From Octopus vulgaris (taxonomy: Eukaryota): DNA of 64,000 nucleotides. Location of the stretch: positions 26,102,001 to 26,166,000 of the forward strand of contig OX597823.1 in assembly GCA_951406725.2 (NCBI GenBank), given 5' to 3'. The notes beneath the pieces were generated by a model. That model saw nothing but the letters and a program-made list of their open reading frames with translations, searched no databases and had not been told where the DNA came from. Positions 11,240 to 24,540 of this stretch are shown here, in pieces; position 1 is the first letter of the stretch, and every line of letters begins with the position of its first letter. The translations under genes and the position numbers were made by a program.

Positions 11240-13150
11240 TAACCAGGCTGAGGATGACATGGTAGTGGAACAAGAAGGTAGACAGTGCTATAAAAGCAAA
11301 GCGACAGGCCTGGAAAGACTGAAAAATGGTGGTAGTTGAGAATTACATCAGGTAGTAAGAAAGGAAGCTAGGGAACAAGTTAACATAAAAGAAGTAGAAA
11401 GTAAGAGATTTGCCAATGTTCTACAGCTTGAGGATCAGAGTCATGCGGTGTTCAGGATTGCATAGCAGTGTGTCAGAGAGAATAGAGATGTGGTGGGTGA
11501 GAAATGTGTGCAAATAGCTAAAGGTTTTTTTTTGCGACTCTGAAAAGAAAGAGGTTTGGAAGTGCTACTATGAAAGATAGTTAACTGTGGGACATGAATA
11601 GTAGAAAGAGAGCCTTCTCTATGTGAACCTAACTGAGGAACCAGCTATTTGAGTTGAAAGCAGTACGATAGATAAGGCAATTAAGGATTTGTAGACAGGG
11701 AAAGCCCCTAGTCCATTGGGTGTTACTGCTGAGATGCTTAAAATATCTGGTTGGGTAGGATATGGTCTGGTTATCTGGAAAGTTAATCAGGTTATTCAGG
11801 AAGGTGTCATCCTCAATGACTGGTATAGTAGCGTTATAGTCAGCTGCTACAAAGGCAAGGGACATGCTTTAGATAGAAGTTATTACTGAGGCATGAAATT
11901 GCTTGGCCAAGTCATGAAGGTTACAGAAAATTAGAAACAGAATCAGGTTAGATGAAATACACTTTGGCTTTGTGCTGGGAGAAGCACAACTGACACTATC
12001 TTCATAGTCAGACAACTGCAGGAGAAGTATTTGGCTAAGAATAAACCATTGTACTTGACATTTGCTGACTTGGAGAAAGCTTTCAACAGAGTACCTCACT
12101 GTATGAAATGGTGGGTCCTGATAAAGCTAGGGATAGCTGAGTGGCTTGTGAAAGCCTGTACAGGCCTTGTTCAGAGGTTCTGTCAGGGAGGTAAGAGTTA
12201 GCCATGAGTATAGTGATGAATTTAGTGTACAGATAGGTGTTCACAAGGGTTTGGTTCTCATTTCCCTCCTATTCAATCTTTGGTTTCCAGGCGACTTGCT
12301 AGTAAACAAGAAAACAGACAGGACCCTACACCCATCAGGTAAATGACCCTGTCCAGTATGTAGGAAAGGTGTAGACAGGAATTTCATATGGTGTGTCCAG
12401 TGTAAGGTATGGACACACAAAAGGTGCAGTAGAATAAGAGGAGAGTTAACAGAGAAAGTAATGTTTGTGTGTGGAAGATGCACAGGAGCCATAAAATCTA
12501 TATAAATACACAGGAAATTGATTTTCTCAAACGTCCTGGAAGATCTCTAGAGGTAGTGGGTAATTTCTGCTTCCTAGGTGACCCAATCAGTAATGGAGGA
12601 GGATGTGCTGAGAGTGTAATCACTAAAATAAGAATCGGATGGAGAAAATTCAAAGAGCTTTTATCTCTGTTGGCAACCAAAGGTCTCTCTCTCTCTCTCT
12701 CTTCAAGTAAAAAGAAGATTGTATGATGTATGTATACAGACAGCAATATTACATGGTAGTGAGATGCGGGTCCTGATTGCAGAGGGTGTGTGAAGACTAG
12801 AGAGGAAGGAAGCTTGTATGCTTTGCTGAATGTGTAATGTCAGTGTACATGTATAACACAGTGCTAGTGTGCTGAGAGCAATGTTAGACGTAAGAGGAAT
12901 TAGCTGTGGTGTGCAAGAAAGAAGACAGAACTGTTTTGGTCATGTGATTTGTATGGATGAGCACAGTTGCATAAAGAAGTGCTGATCGCATAAAATGGAC
13001 CGAAGTTGGGTTAAAAGGAGACCAGAAAGACATGGGATGAAGCATTGAAAGCTGATCTCAAGTTACTGAACCTTACAAAGGAGAAAACGAAGAACAGAGA
13101 TATCTGGTACCATGTTGTACTCAGGAAGACTCGTCCACCACAGCAGAACT
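11240..13150 (+). mobile_element. Decayed RTE-clade LINE (RT region with embedded PHD-like finger)
   Basis: Reads GKAPSPLGVTAEMLK, HFGFV, LQEKYLAKNKPLYLTFADLEKAFNRVP, GVHKG, FCFLGD, GWRKFKEL and LHGSE. The YADD segment appears deleted; many stops. Confidence 0.88.
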
Positions 13151-13189
13151 GATATCCTAAAACCACCTTGGTAATGCTTGTCCATGAGG

Positions 13190-13800
13190 GCCCCTGCCCC
13201 AGCCACAGCTCCATCCTCTCTGCCTTGTCAACCATTTCCCCACAACATTTCACCCCCTAATACCCATCATTTCTCTATCACCTGAGAGCAGAATAGGCAC
13301 ATACTACATCTCCCTGCTTTATCAGATACCTTCCTTCCCCCTCCCTGAACCACTGCCATTTCCCATTATCTTCCCTTGCCAACTGCCTCCTCCTCTCTGT
13401 GTCTTCTCTCCCCTGTGCTGTTCTCCATCACTTATCTGCTATCACCCTCAATACTTTCACATGTCCATCGCAACCCCCACTCTCAAGTCTCTCCTCTATT
13501 TCTCTCCATTATTTTACTACACTTACCTCTATCATGCCCTCTCACCCAATCCAAACTTTTATCACCTCACTTATTCTAACCCCCCCCCCCCCCATCCCTT
13601 GAAGGCATGTCCCTTACACATCTTTGCCACCATCTCTCTTACTATTGCCCTCTTTATCTGACTCTCTGATTCACCTGCTTTCTTTATCTTACTCTCTAAC
13701 TCACCCGCTTTTCTCTTCCAACTAGGGTATCCATGTATCTACTCTACAGCAAGACACCTTTCTCTGTCCCTCTTTACCTTTAATCTCTCATCAAATGGCA
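13190..13800. repeat. Pyrimidine-rich low-complexity tract
   Basis: Strong C/T bias on the + strand; similar tracts at 16380-17180 and 54000-54700. Confidence 0.6.
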
Positions 13801-13904
13801 CAAAACCACTCTACTCAATACTACTCCCAACTTCCAGTTGAGTGGGGGTTTGTCCTGCAAGTTACTTGATGACCCAGTCAGTAATGAAGCCATGTAGAAA
13901 GCAC

Positions 13905-14393
13905 AGATCTTTTCTGTTTTACTGCCACTTTTCAATTTCTTCAATTTTGTTCCTATTGATTTCAAATTTGGTGTATTTATGTAGATCTGTATGATAATTA
14001 TTGGCATGAAATTCATTTTTGCCACAAATTTAAAAAAAAAACAGTTAATAGCTTTTAAAGTTTGCAAATTTTGAGTAACTTTAACCAATCAAAAACCAGA
14101 CATAAAGGTGCCTGTTTCAATAGTAACAAGCCAACCATTGGAGAGTTCCACGTATGTTTACGAAAAACCACGTGTGTCTTACGATTGCAGTCACATACAA
14201 AATGACAGCTTCCAAATCCTGTTTATTGACTGGGTAAAAATGATCAAAAACCTGTGTAACTTTAAAAAAAAGTTTCTGAAACAAGTGAATTAGGCCCTGA
14301 TATTCATCAAGAAAAATCTCATCAATACACCAAATTTCAAAATTTTCACTTAATTTTAAAATTTCAAAAAGTGCAACCAAACAGATAAGATCC
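13905..14393. mobile_element. MITE with (G/A)GATCT termini and 8-bp TSD (Merlin-like)
   Basis: Ends AGATCTTTTCTGTTT and AAACAGATAAGATCC; flanks GAAAGCAC / AAAAGCAC (7/8 match). Internal homology, inverted, to 24541-25323. Confidence 0.7.
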
Positions 14394-15599
14394 AAAAGCA
14401 CTGTTGCTGAGGCCATGTATAAGGCACTGGTGCTGGTACAACATAAAAAGCAACCAATGAACTCTGTAAAGTGGTTGGCATTAAGAAGGGCATCCAGCCC
14501 TAGAAACCATGTCAAAACAGACAATAGGGCCTTGTTTCTAGTGCTAAAGCCAAAATCTCTTTGCACACCATAAAATCTATTGGAGTGTTGCCCAATATGA
14601 CCATTGAAGCCGCCAGCTATGAATAATAAGGTAATTTTCTTTTTTTTATTGGGATAGTCTGCTGAAAGGATTCATAGAAACAGTCCTTCTGTTCAACAGC
14701 TTGTCCGGTATGTGGAGCATAGCAGAGATTTACATTATACAAAACTATTCTTAACCTGATAATCCAACCACATATCATGACTACCTCAGTCTCCTTATCT
14801 CCCCACTTCTCTTCCAGAAGTATACCTACTTCATTACTAATTCTTTAGCCTGAAGAATTTACTTCTATGCTGCTTGCTCACAAACAGTCTAACTTAGAAT
14901 CTCCACCATTGTATCTCTTGCATGCAACAAACATCTACATATCTATGTTCAAGACCTACTTTTCACAGTACTGACATTTGTCATAGCTGTTCCAAGTTTT
15001 GGGACATCAGAAGATTGAGAGAGCACACAGGTAATTGTGTTTAACATCTGTGATGATGAGTACATTTTCAGGCACTTGTCTGGGGGTAGTGGGTTCTTGC
15101 ACATGCCAGTGAAAGCAGGTATAGGTATATACGCATATACTACTCAATGTTTTCTGTTTCCCTCCAATCCCACAAAATTTTCAAGGGCAAGCATTAGCAA
15201 ACAAGGGAGGATGGGGAAGGTGTGGGTAGGGCGGTCATAAGACACCAATCAGCTTTTAGTGATATTCAAGGTAGGTGTACCTTTTAATGTTCTTTCTTAT
15301 CTACACATATATGTATATGAAATACATTTGTTCTTAGGCATGAAAGCTTATGCACACATATATAATTGTAAATTTAAGTAAACTAACTTTGCTGCCTAAA
15401 AACATAATACTGTATGTATTGTTATGTAGACACCTTTGTAAAACTTTTCAGAAGCATACATCCTTTTACACACTAAACATTCACACATATGTATGCATGC
15501 ATGTGTCTGACTTTAACAAGAGTGGAAGGGACTTGTAAGGGGGAATAGTTTTAGTGGCTTAAAATAGTTTTAAGTCTTCACTTAAATAAACTCCTGAAA

Positions 15600-16035
15600 A
15601 TATGGATTCATCTAGTGGGGATTCTGAAGCTCACATGCTTGATCAGATGTGCTTAATAAATGCAGTTGTTTATGAATCCAAAGTTACAGTAGTGCTCCAA
15701 GACAACTTAGTTGAGAAGAAAAATTACATTGGTTTATGTGAAGGCAATTTTAAAAGCCATTATGTAAACTGCCAGTCTTCTTTCTGACACATCGATAAAA
15801 ATAAGGCCACTAAGTTGGCTAGCCATGTATGGTGTCTGAAGACCAACTGCACACTACATACAATCAAGTGGAGAATCGTAGAGAAATCTATGCCATACAT
15901 AAATGGCTCAAAGAGATGCAAGTTATGCACAGCTGAAAGATCGTACATTTTTTTAGGTCCAAGAATTCCACCACACAACTTAATTCCAGATCTGAAATTT
16001 TTACCAAGTGTAAGCTCATGAACAAGTTTCTTTTG
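15600..16035 (+). mobile_element. Penelope-like GIY-YIG endonuclease relic
   Basis: Reads CLINAVVYESKV...NYIGLCEGNFKSHY...SF*...TKLASHVWCLK...IKWRIVEKSMPYINGSKRCKLCTAERSYI. Confidence 0.88.
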
Positions 16036-16079
16036 TTGAAGTGGAGGACACCACCCACTTAGGATTGAGCAGCTATCTC

Positions 16080-16325
16080 ACATAGACAAATATATATGGT
16101 TTGCAGGAGAGGAAACTGTATTGGTTTAAGTATGTGATGCATATGGATGAAGATAGCTTCATAAATAAGGTCTGAGTGTTCAAATTGGATGGCAATTGCA
16201 CCAGTGGAACAAGAAGGTTTAAAAAGACATGGGATGAACTGGTGAAGACCAATCTCACATTTCTGAACCTCACAAAGGTGGTTATATATGATCACAACAA
16301 CTGGTAATAAGCTGTAATAGAAACC
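16080..16325 (+). mobile_element. RTE LINE 3'-end fragment
   Basis: Homologous to 12900-13130 (LQERKLYWFKYVMHMDED...KKTWDELVK). Confidence 0.7.
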
Positions 16326-17504
16326 ACCACCCCACTCTCTGGGGCAGGTGGAGATGCTGCAATCACCTATAGATCCTTCTTTGCCTCTCTCTCACTGTTC
16401 TTATTACAGTGTTTCCATAACCAAGAATGCTTTCATCCCCTGCTCTCTCTCTCTCTCCTACTTCTATGGTACTTCATAGTAGCCTATGGAATTCTCCTCT
16501 TCCCTCTAGTCTATCTTTATCTCATTATTCTTGTTGCATCCACCCTCTACTCCCCATCTCTGTGGTACCCTCTAGCCTCCCTTTCTCTTCCTTTGCATTC
16601 ACCCATTGCTCCACCCCTATTTCTCTTTCTCTCATCATCTTCTCTCCACAGTCTCCCTGCTTGGGATACTTTCTCTGCATTCATATCTTACATTTTTCTT
16701 CTCCATTCTCTATGGTACATTCCATCTTCTCTTTCTCTCCCTACCTCTGTGATATCCTTGAACTTCTCTCTCCCTGTTGGGGATGCTTTCTCTGCACTCA
16801 TACTCTGCTCTCCCTTCCACCTCTATCATATCCACCAGCCTCTCTTTCTATCACTACTCTCACTGCATTCACCCATCACTCCTCTGTCTCTTTTCCCTCA
16901 CTGCATTCTCCCCACAGCTTCTCTTCCACTTCAGCATTTTCTCTTTGTTGACATCCCTTTCCCTCATACTTTTTACCTACACTCACCTTTATAATATGGG
17001 AGACCACAGGATCCTCCCAACACCCTTTATCTTACTACTCTGTCCCTCCTTTTTTTACTAACCCCTGGCACTGATCCCTTCCTCCTTCCTTATGTCCATT
17101 ATATACTCTCTCCTCTTATAGTGTATACTCTGTTATTATCTCCTCTACCATACTTCCACAACTATAAATCTGTTCCTTTTACCATACTTTGGTATGATGA
17201 GAGTAGGCTAAAGTGGTCTGAAGTAGCCTAAAGTAGCCATAAGTAGTTTGGAACAATGTGGTGAGAAGTGCCTTGCTCAAGGGTGCAATGTCCCATCTGT
17301 CACTTGCAATCACGGATGTCTTAGTTGCATGTACTATGCTTTTTCTAATTGTTTTAGGTATCAGTATAATCACAAACAGACATGAGATAAAGCTGTTATT
17401 TCTAGAAGATTGGGTGACCATGTAGAGACGTCCTTGTTGACTCATCCAATAAGAAAGTCAATAACATATTTATTATTGATGTTGCAGTTGTACACGAGAT
17501 ATAG

Positions 17505-17550
<46 letters not shown>

Positions 17551-17568
17551 CGTGTGTGTGTATATATG

Positions 17569-17607
<39 letters not shown>

Positions 17608-17624
17608 GTATATATGTATATATG

Positions 17625-17662
<38 letters not shown>
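17505..17662. repeat. (TA)n/(TG)n microsatellite
   Basis: Read directly. Confidence 0.95.
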
Positions 17663-17666
<4 letters not shown>

Positions 17667-17699
17667 GAAATTGAAGGTCCATTACATTAAGAGCAGAAG

Positions 17700-19650
17700 A
17701 TATGGCACAGAAAGAGAAGAGAAACTAAAGTGTAATTATTAATAGAAAACAATATTACAGGATTATAGATAGTGATATAGAAACCTTGAAATAGCTTTGG
17801 TTGATTACAACCTGTGATATGATTCGTCATTTCTGGATTTTAGAATATTTAGACACGATAGAAATAGAAGAAAATATTAGATATTATCAGATAAAGTAAG
17901 AATTTGTGGAATGGGAAACAAAAATAACTTATTCAATATTTAAGAAGTATTAACATCGATGATGGAATATTTTAGGGTGATTGCAAGTCCCTTTTGCATT
18001 TTTATTTTATTCTATTTGATAAAAATGATACCATTAATATCAGTACTATGAACAATAAAGAATGGATAGAAGCATGCAGCATAAAATCAACCATCTGTTT
18101 ATGGGTGATTTGAAGCTGTTTACAAAGAATGGAGATCAAATAGATTCCTGAGGGCAAACAGTCCATGATTTTAGTAGAAGATATTGGAATGGAATTTGTC
18201 ATTAAACAATGTGGAGTTTTAATAATGAAATAAAGAAAGACAGTGTAATATAACATAATAGGATATGGTTACTAAGTAATGAAGTTATAAAAGAGATAGG
18301 CAAAGAGGACTATAAATACTTGGATAGAATAGAGTTAGATAAGAGAAAGGAAGCCAGCAGGAAGGAATTAACTGACAGAATGTTTCAGTGGGTGAGAAGT
18401 GGTGATTAAATTTAAGCTGAGAAAGGAAAATAAATTTCTGGCCATTAACATATGGGTCATATCAAAATACTGTTTTTAAGGTATAAGGAATCCTAGAGGA
18501 GATTAGAGATGTGATTAACTGAGATAAGAAATTTTTTTTTTAAAAACCTAAAACAAAACAAAACAAAAAAAACAAATAAGCAAACACAACAATAACGACC
18601 TTATAAGGAGAATTGTATTTCCAAAAATGAGATTAGCAAGAACCTTCTGCAGAATTGCAGGGAGTAGGGATGGCAATCATGGCTTTTCCCAATCAAGGTT
18701 GGCTGAAGGGGATTCCCTGCCTGGTCGGTATGGAGGAAACTTACAGAGGAGAGGAAAGGAGTGAAAGGTGGCTTTGTGCAGGATGGGAGAAGCAGCAGAA
18801 AGAGCCTCCTGCTAGTTATGGAGTAAGAGAGAGAAGTTAAGCTGGAAGCCAGGAGTAGATGATAAGCAGGGATTTGGCTGCTTCTACTGAGCCACCAACA
18901 AGAGGGTGTTACGGTTCAGGGTCAAAAGACCCAATCAATCGATCGTTGATGACATCAATTCCTTCTGGCCAATGCTCCCATTCACTTTGGTGAATAGAAA
19001 AGAAGCACCTTCTTTTAGGTGTTGGCAATAATATGTCTTGTGTAAAAAGAGGAAGAAGATAACTGATTAAGAAAAATGTAAACAAGATGGGAAAACGTTT
19101 TTATTTATATTTTTTTTTGAGGTGGGTTGGGGTTAACAGCTTGATTAGAGGGGTGAGTAGTACTCATAATCTTTTTCAGGCATATGTAACTGATGGGAGA
19201 AAGGGCTGAAGTTAGTGTCAGACCATGGCCCTGACCTGAACACTTTTAACAGAGTGAATTCTGTTAAAGGTACCCAATGACAGATGGTGGTATTAAACAT
19301 GGTGACATGTTAGGGTTAGTCATGTAGGAAATAATGTAGAATCTCAACTGGAAGAGCTGAGGTTGGTTGGAATCTAGATAAGACTAGAGGGTGTGTAAAG
19401 CCTGAAGAATTCAAGAAAAATGCCTTGAGAATAGAGAAGAAGAATTAAGAAACGGAAGAAAGTGCATAGAAAATTGTTTAGGTAGATGGATGAAAGTTTC
19501 AATATGGTTAAACAAGGTTTGGTATGGTTAGAGAATCAAACATAGAGTCTGGGACTGGATTTTACAGAACAGGAATAAACTCTGAAAATAAACTAAATCA
19601 TGTTCCATAGAGATACAACCATTGAATTTCCATTGTGGAAATGTGTAGCA
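17700..19650 (+). mobile_element. Old, interrupted relic of an R4/Dong-type RLE retrotransposon
   Basis: Reads GIF*GD near 17963, INHLFMGDLKLFTKN near 18085, YKYL, and AINIW, collinear with the element at 41-44 kb. The segment at about 18500-19280 is unrelated or unresolved. Confidence 0.6.
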
Positions 19651-20212
19651 AAATGAGCCAACAAGGGTCACTCATCCTGCTAGAAATAGTAGGTCGCTGC
19701 TTGTAAAGGCTTCTTCATTGGCTTATTGCTATTGATAATGATGGTGATGGATGACAGTAATGACAATGATGGTGGTGGTCGTCGTCGTGGTCGTGGTTGT
19801 GGTCGCAGTCTTGGTGGTGGTGGTGGTAGTGGCAATGTAGCAGTGGTGGGGATTGTGGTTATTGTTTAGATTCATGTCAACCCTGGTTGAGCAGAAATAT
19901 GATCAAAGACATTTCAGTTACGACTTTTTCATCATTTCTGCAGACATACTGTACCTAGGACTACATTATCCAATGTGTTCTCCCTTTTTCAAAACGGTAG
20001 GCTAGAAGTTGAGATTTGGTGGCTATTTCTAGCAGATCAAATGACCACACAATCTTCTTTCTTGTAATTTATGATTATTATTATCATTATTGTTGTTGTT
20101 GGATTTCAGATCCCATCTCATTGAACATACCTATGAATAAAAGCCTCCCAGCTATTACTGTTCCTTTTACTTTTACATACAAGGACTAAATACATTTGCC
20201 AATATCTATTCC

Positions 20213-20432
20213 TGGCAAGCTGGTAGAATCATTAGCATGCCGGGTGAAGTGCTTAGCAGTATCTCGTCTGCCATTATGTTCTGAGTTCAAATTCCGCTGA
20301 GGTCGACTTTGCCTTTCATTCTTTCGGGGTCGATTAAATAAGTACCAGTTACACACTGGGGTCGATGTAATCAACTTAACCCCTTTGTCTGTCCTCTATG
20401 TTCAGCCCCCTGTGGGCAATAAAGAAATAAAT
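20213..20432 (+). mobile_element. tRNA-derived Meta-type SINE
   Basis: A and B boxes, central GTCGACTTTGCCTTTCAT domain, tail GGGCAATAAAGAAATA. Confidence 0.9.
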
Positions 20433-20828
20433 ATTTATTCCCTTTTAGTAGGTTGTAATTGGAGAGAATTTGGTTGCTATTTCTAGCAGGCAAAACAATC
20501 ATATAGAGTCTCCTTTATTGGTTCAAGGTAAAGGCATGGTAATTTGTGATGGCAAAACAAGCAAGTTCTCAACTAGTAAAACCTGAAATTCTCACTACCT
20601 CTTCAGGTAGTCTGTTAAAAATGTCTCGTTAATAAGTCACACAGCTGTCACAAACCAGTTCAGGTCAGAATATTTGCTATATAGATAAAAGATTTTTTTT
20701 TAAAATAAAACTCTCTGACTGAAATCCATTTAGCCTTATATAGTTATATTTCTACCAAGTATCAAGTAATGTAATGACAGAAATGGTAAGCTGTTCACAC
20801 TTAGTGTCTTTGGTTACATCCATTTATA

Positions 20829-21262
20829 GGCACAGGATTGGCTGTGTGGTAAGAAGTTTGCTTCTCAACCACATGGTTCCAAGTTCTATCTCATTGTGTG
20901 ACACTTTGAGTAAGTGTCTTCTTTTATAGCCACAAACCAACCAAAGCCTTGTGAGTGGATTTCATAGACAGAAACTGAAAGAATTCTGCCACATATGCAT
21001 ATAAATATGTGTGTGTGTGTGTGTGTTAGTGTCTCTTTGTGAAGACATCATGTGATAGTTGTAAATGAGTGTCAGCATCACACACATGGTGTCCTTCATT
21101 TCTATTCTTCCATAGAAAACATCTGACCATGGGGAAATATTATCTTACCTGGAAGCATGTAAGGGTTGGTAACAGGAAGGGCATCCAATCAAAGAGATCC
21201 TGCCTCAGTAAATGCTGTCCAATCCATGTAAGCATAGAAAAGAGGACGTTAAGTGATGATGA
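20829..21262 (+). mobile_element. Composite CORE-type SINE with RTE-like 3' module
   Basis: tRNA head TGGCTGTGTGGTAAG...GGTTCC, CORE-like TGTGACACTTTGAGTAAGTG, (TG)n, then GGTTGGTAACAGGAAGGGCATCC and a (TGA)n tail. Confidence 0.8.
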
Positions 21263-21516
21263 TTTATGTTCTAAACTTAAAAACCTGCGTTTTTTCATGG
21301 TTTCATCAGAGGTAGAATAGAACCCATAATTTTTTTCAAGTCCCCAGAGCTTGATAGAGAGAGAGAGGAAGAGAGGAAACTATTCATAGACCAGAGATTT
21401 GGCAATAATACGACCACAGAGAGGGTGCTATTAAAGGAATGCAAGGACAAGGTGATGCTGTTAAATTAAGCAATGAATTAAGTTGACCATTCCAAAACAA
21501 GATTGGTCTCTCTCTT

Positions 21517-21903
21517 TACCCTTACTCTTTTACTTGTTTCAGTCATTTGACTGCGGCCATGCTGGAGCACTGCCTTTAGTTGAGCAAATCGACCCCAGGA
21601 CTTATTCTTTGTAAGCCTAGTATTTATCCTATTGGTCTCTTTTGCTGAACCGTTAAGTTACAGGGATGTAAACACCCCAGCATCGGTTGTCAAGTGATGT
21701 GGGAGGTGGGGGACAAACACAGACACACACACATATACATGACGGGCTTCTTTCAGTTTCCGTCTACGAAATCCACTCACAAGGCTTTGATCAGCCCAAG
21801 GCTATAGTAGAAGACACTTACCCAAGGTGCCACGAAGTGGGACTAAACCCAGAACCAGGTGGTTGGTAAGCAAGCTACTTACCACACAGCCACTCCTACA
21901 CCT
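21517..21903 (-). mobile_element. CORE-type tRNA SINE, full length
   Basis: Reverse complement of the copy at 26449-26869; a second partial copy follows at 21905-22053. Confidence 0.9.
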
Positions 21904-22866
21904 ATGCAGTTTCTGTCCACTATATTTCACTTGTAAAGTTTTGGTCAATCTAAGGTTATGGTAAAAGACACATGCCCAATGTGCAACACAGCAAGATTGA
22001 ACCCAGAACCACATAGCTGTGGAATGAACTTCTTATCCACACAGCCATGTCTGCAACCACCTTAACTTTTCCTTGTTCTAGAGCCAAATGAAGGCAGTGG
22101 GTTTGCAAAATTGTTAGAGAGTTAGACAAAGTGCTTTGTAGTGTTTTTTCAGTCATTTTTACATTCTAATGTTAAATTCTGCTGAAAGGATTGATAAAAT
22201 GAAGTACCAGTCATGTATTGGTGTCAGTTGGTAGAGAGAGAGGAAGAGGGTGCTATTAAAGGAATGCAAGGACAAGGTGATACTGCCTATATCCATCCCA
22301 CCAAATTTGTAACCTAATGGCTCTGTTAGTAATTATTGTCTAAAGGTCAATAAAATAAGTAGCCAACTGCATCTTTCTCCCTCCACAATGATTTTTAGCT
22401 ATCTAAGAAGTCACTGTCATCACTTGGTATGGAAGATGCTTTGAGAACAAAATGGAAAAAAAAGAGAAAGCAGAAAAAATAAAACAATAAAAGTTTCTAC
22501 TCATATCTAATATAGCTTGTTGCCATTTATTGATATGGAACTTCAAGATAGCATCATGTACTGAACAGCAATATATGTTATTGTAATGAATTCCATCTAA
22601 CCCATGCAAGCATAAAAAAGTGGATGTTAAAACAATTTTGACAATTGTGATGGTGGTGGGGGTGATGAGGATGTTGTGTAGTCCTGGTCGGCACCATTTG
22701 CCCAGGTGTATGGCATATAGTCACTTGAATGACTAAGTGCTATTCATAGAACTAGTGTTCCAGATTTACTGTGATCCTCCACCTGCTTGACTACCCCTGC
22801 TGTATGGTGGTGTATGATATGAAGTGCAACATAACAGATAGAACTTGGAACCATGTGGTTGAGAAG

Positions 22867-22932
22867 CAAAGACACTAATCTAACCAAAGACACTAATCTA
22901 ACCAAAGACACTAATCTAACCAAAGACACTAA
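22867..22932. repeat. 18-bp perfect tandem repeat, about 3.6 copies
   Basis: Unit CAAAGACACTAATCTAAC. Confidence 0.95.
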
Positions 22933-23512
22933 GTGTGAACAGCTTACCATTTCTGTCATTACATTACTTGATACTGTATTTTCTCCACTGTCCAATCTGT
23001 TCCTGTATTCCTGTAAGAGGAAACAAAGTAGACTTGGTCAGAATGACAGTTGCTGTTTTTGTTTATAATATATTATAAATGCTGTAGAAACTAGAAACTG
23101 ATGGCATGTCACAAGGATGGCAGCAGTAGAAAATATCTGCAAAGATGTCTACTCTTTTGGTTTTCAATTTAAAAACGCTTTTTGCTTTGTGGAATGATAG
23201 CACAGTTTCTAACTTGTGTTTTGAGTTAACTAGGGAGCACCTATGGCGTCATTTGACCCACTAGAAAAAGTAGTCAAATCTCCCTCAAATCCCTCTTTGC
23301 TGTCTTTAAAAAGAAGGGGAGGATATATTGAATAGTGTAATGCTAGATGTTATAAGAAAATGGGAGAGTTGTGGGCTGGGATTCCTTTGGTCAAAGATTG
23401 GCTGAGTAGGATTGACTAGGGTTAAAAAACATGATTTAACTGAGAGATTACCTTCATCCTTATCTTCCTCCTCTTCATCATCATTGTAGTTTTAATGTTT
23501 ACTTTCACATAA

Positions 23513-23722
23513 GGTGGTGAGCTGGTAGAAACATTAGCACGCCGGGTGAAATGCTTAGTGGTATTTCATCTGTCTTTACGTTCTGAGTTCAAATTCCGTT
23601 GAAGTTCACTTTGCCTTTCATCCTTTTAGGGTCGATAAATTAAGTACCAGTTGCTTACGGAGGTTGATCTAATTGCCTGGTCCCCTCCCCTAAAATTTCA
23701 GGCCTTGTGCCTAGAGTAGAAA
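23513..23722 (+). mobile_element. tRNA-derived Meta-type SINE
   Basis: Same head and central domain as 20213; alternative tail AATTTCAGGCCTTGTGCC. Confidence 0.9.
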
Positions 23723-24540
23723 AAAATGTTTACTTTGCATGCTTGCATGGGTCACATAAAACTATATTAGGGTAGTGTTTTCTAAGATTGGATGCCACCC
23801 ACTTGTTTCCAAGTGAGACAATGATATCCCAGTCTACCAAACAACAAATAGTTTGGACATGTTTACTGGGAGAACTAGAAACAAACAACACCATAAGAAT
23901 AAAGCTTTTTGTTGATAAAGATCATACAACATGTTAAAACATGTCAAAAAGCCAGGACATGCTTTCATGGTGGAGTGCAAGCAAATCACTGAAGCCATTG
24001 TTTAAAATCAGCAAATGAACACATGTAAACAAGAAAATATGAACTCACTCATATGTGCACACATACAAGTGGTTGTTTTCAGTTTCCATTTACCAAGTCT
24101 TTGGTCAGCCTATGGCTATAGTAGAAAATATTTGCCTAAGGTGCCATGCAGTAGGACTGAACCTGAAACCATATATTTGGGAAATAAACTTCTTAGGCAC
24201 ACAGCCATGCCTTTTATTTTACAAATGTCACAAGTTTCATGCCATCATTTTGTGCTTGTCTGTTTGCTTCAAAAAGATTCTTCTTCAAATAATGACTTTT
24301 ATTAAGAAATGTTTTGTCATGTCATCAGGTTAGCATCATGGAACAAGAATGGTTCAGCTCCAGACTATAAATCATTGAGAAGAATTACCTGGAGACACCA
24401 TCTGCAATAAACATAATAACTGAATAAATGTTATCATGCATAATGTAGTGAGAACAACAAAAAAAAGTCAATTAATTAAAGTTACATTTCCTCTGAAGAG
24501 AAGTGTTAACATAGGATCCATAACTAATGTTAAAAATAGT

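Noticed and set aside
16427-17061. Long S/L/P-rich ORFs
   Set aside because: The pyrimidine-rich low-complexity DNA lacks stop codons by composition.
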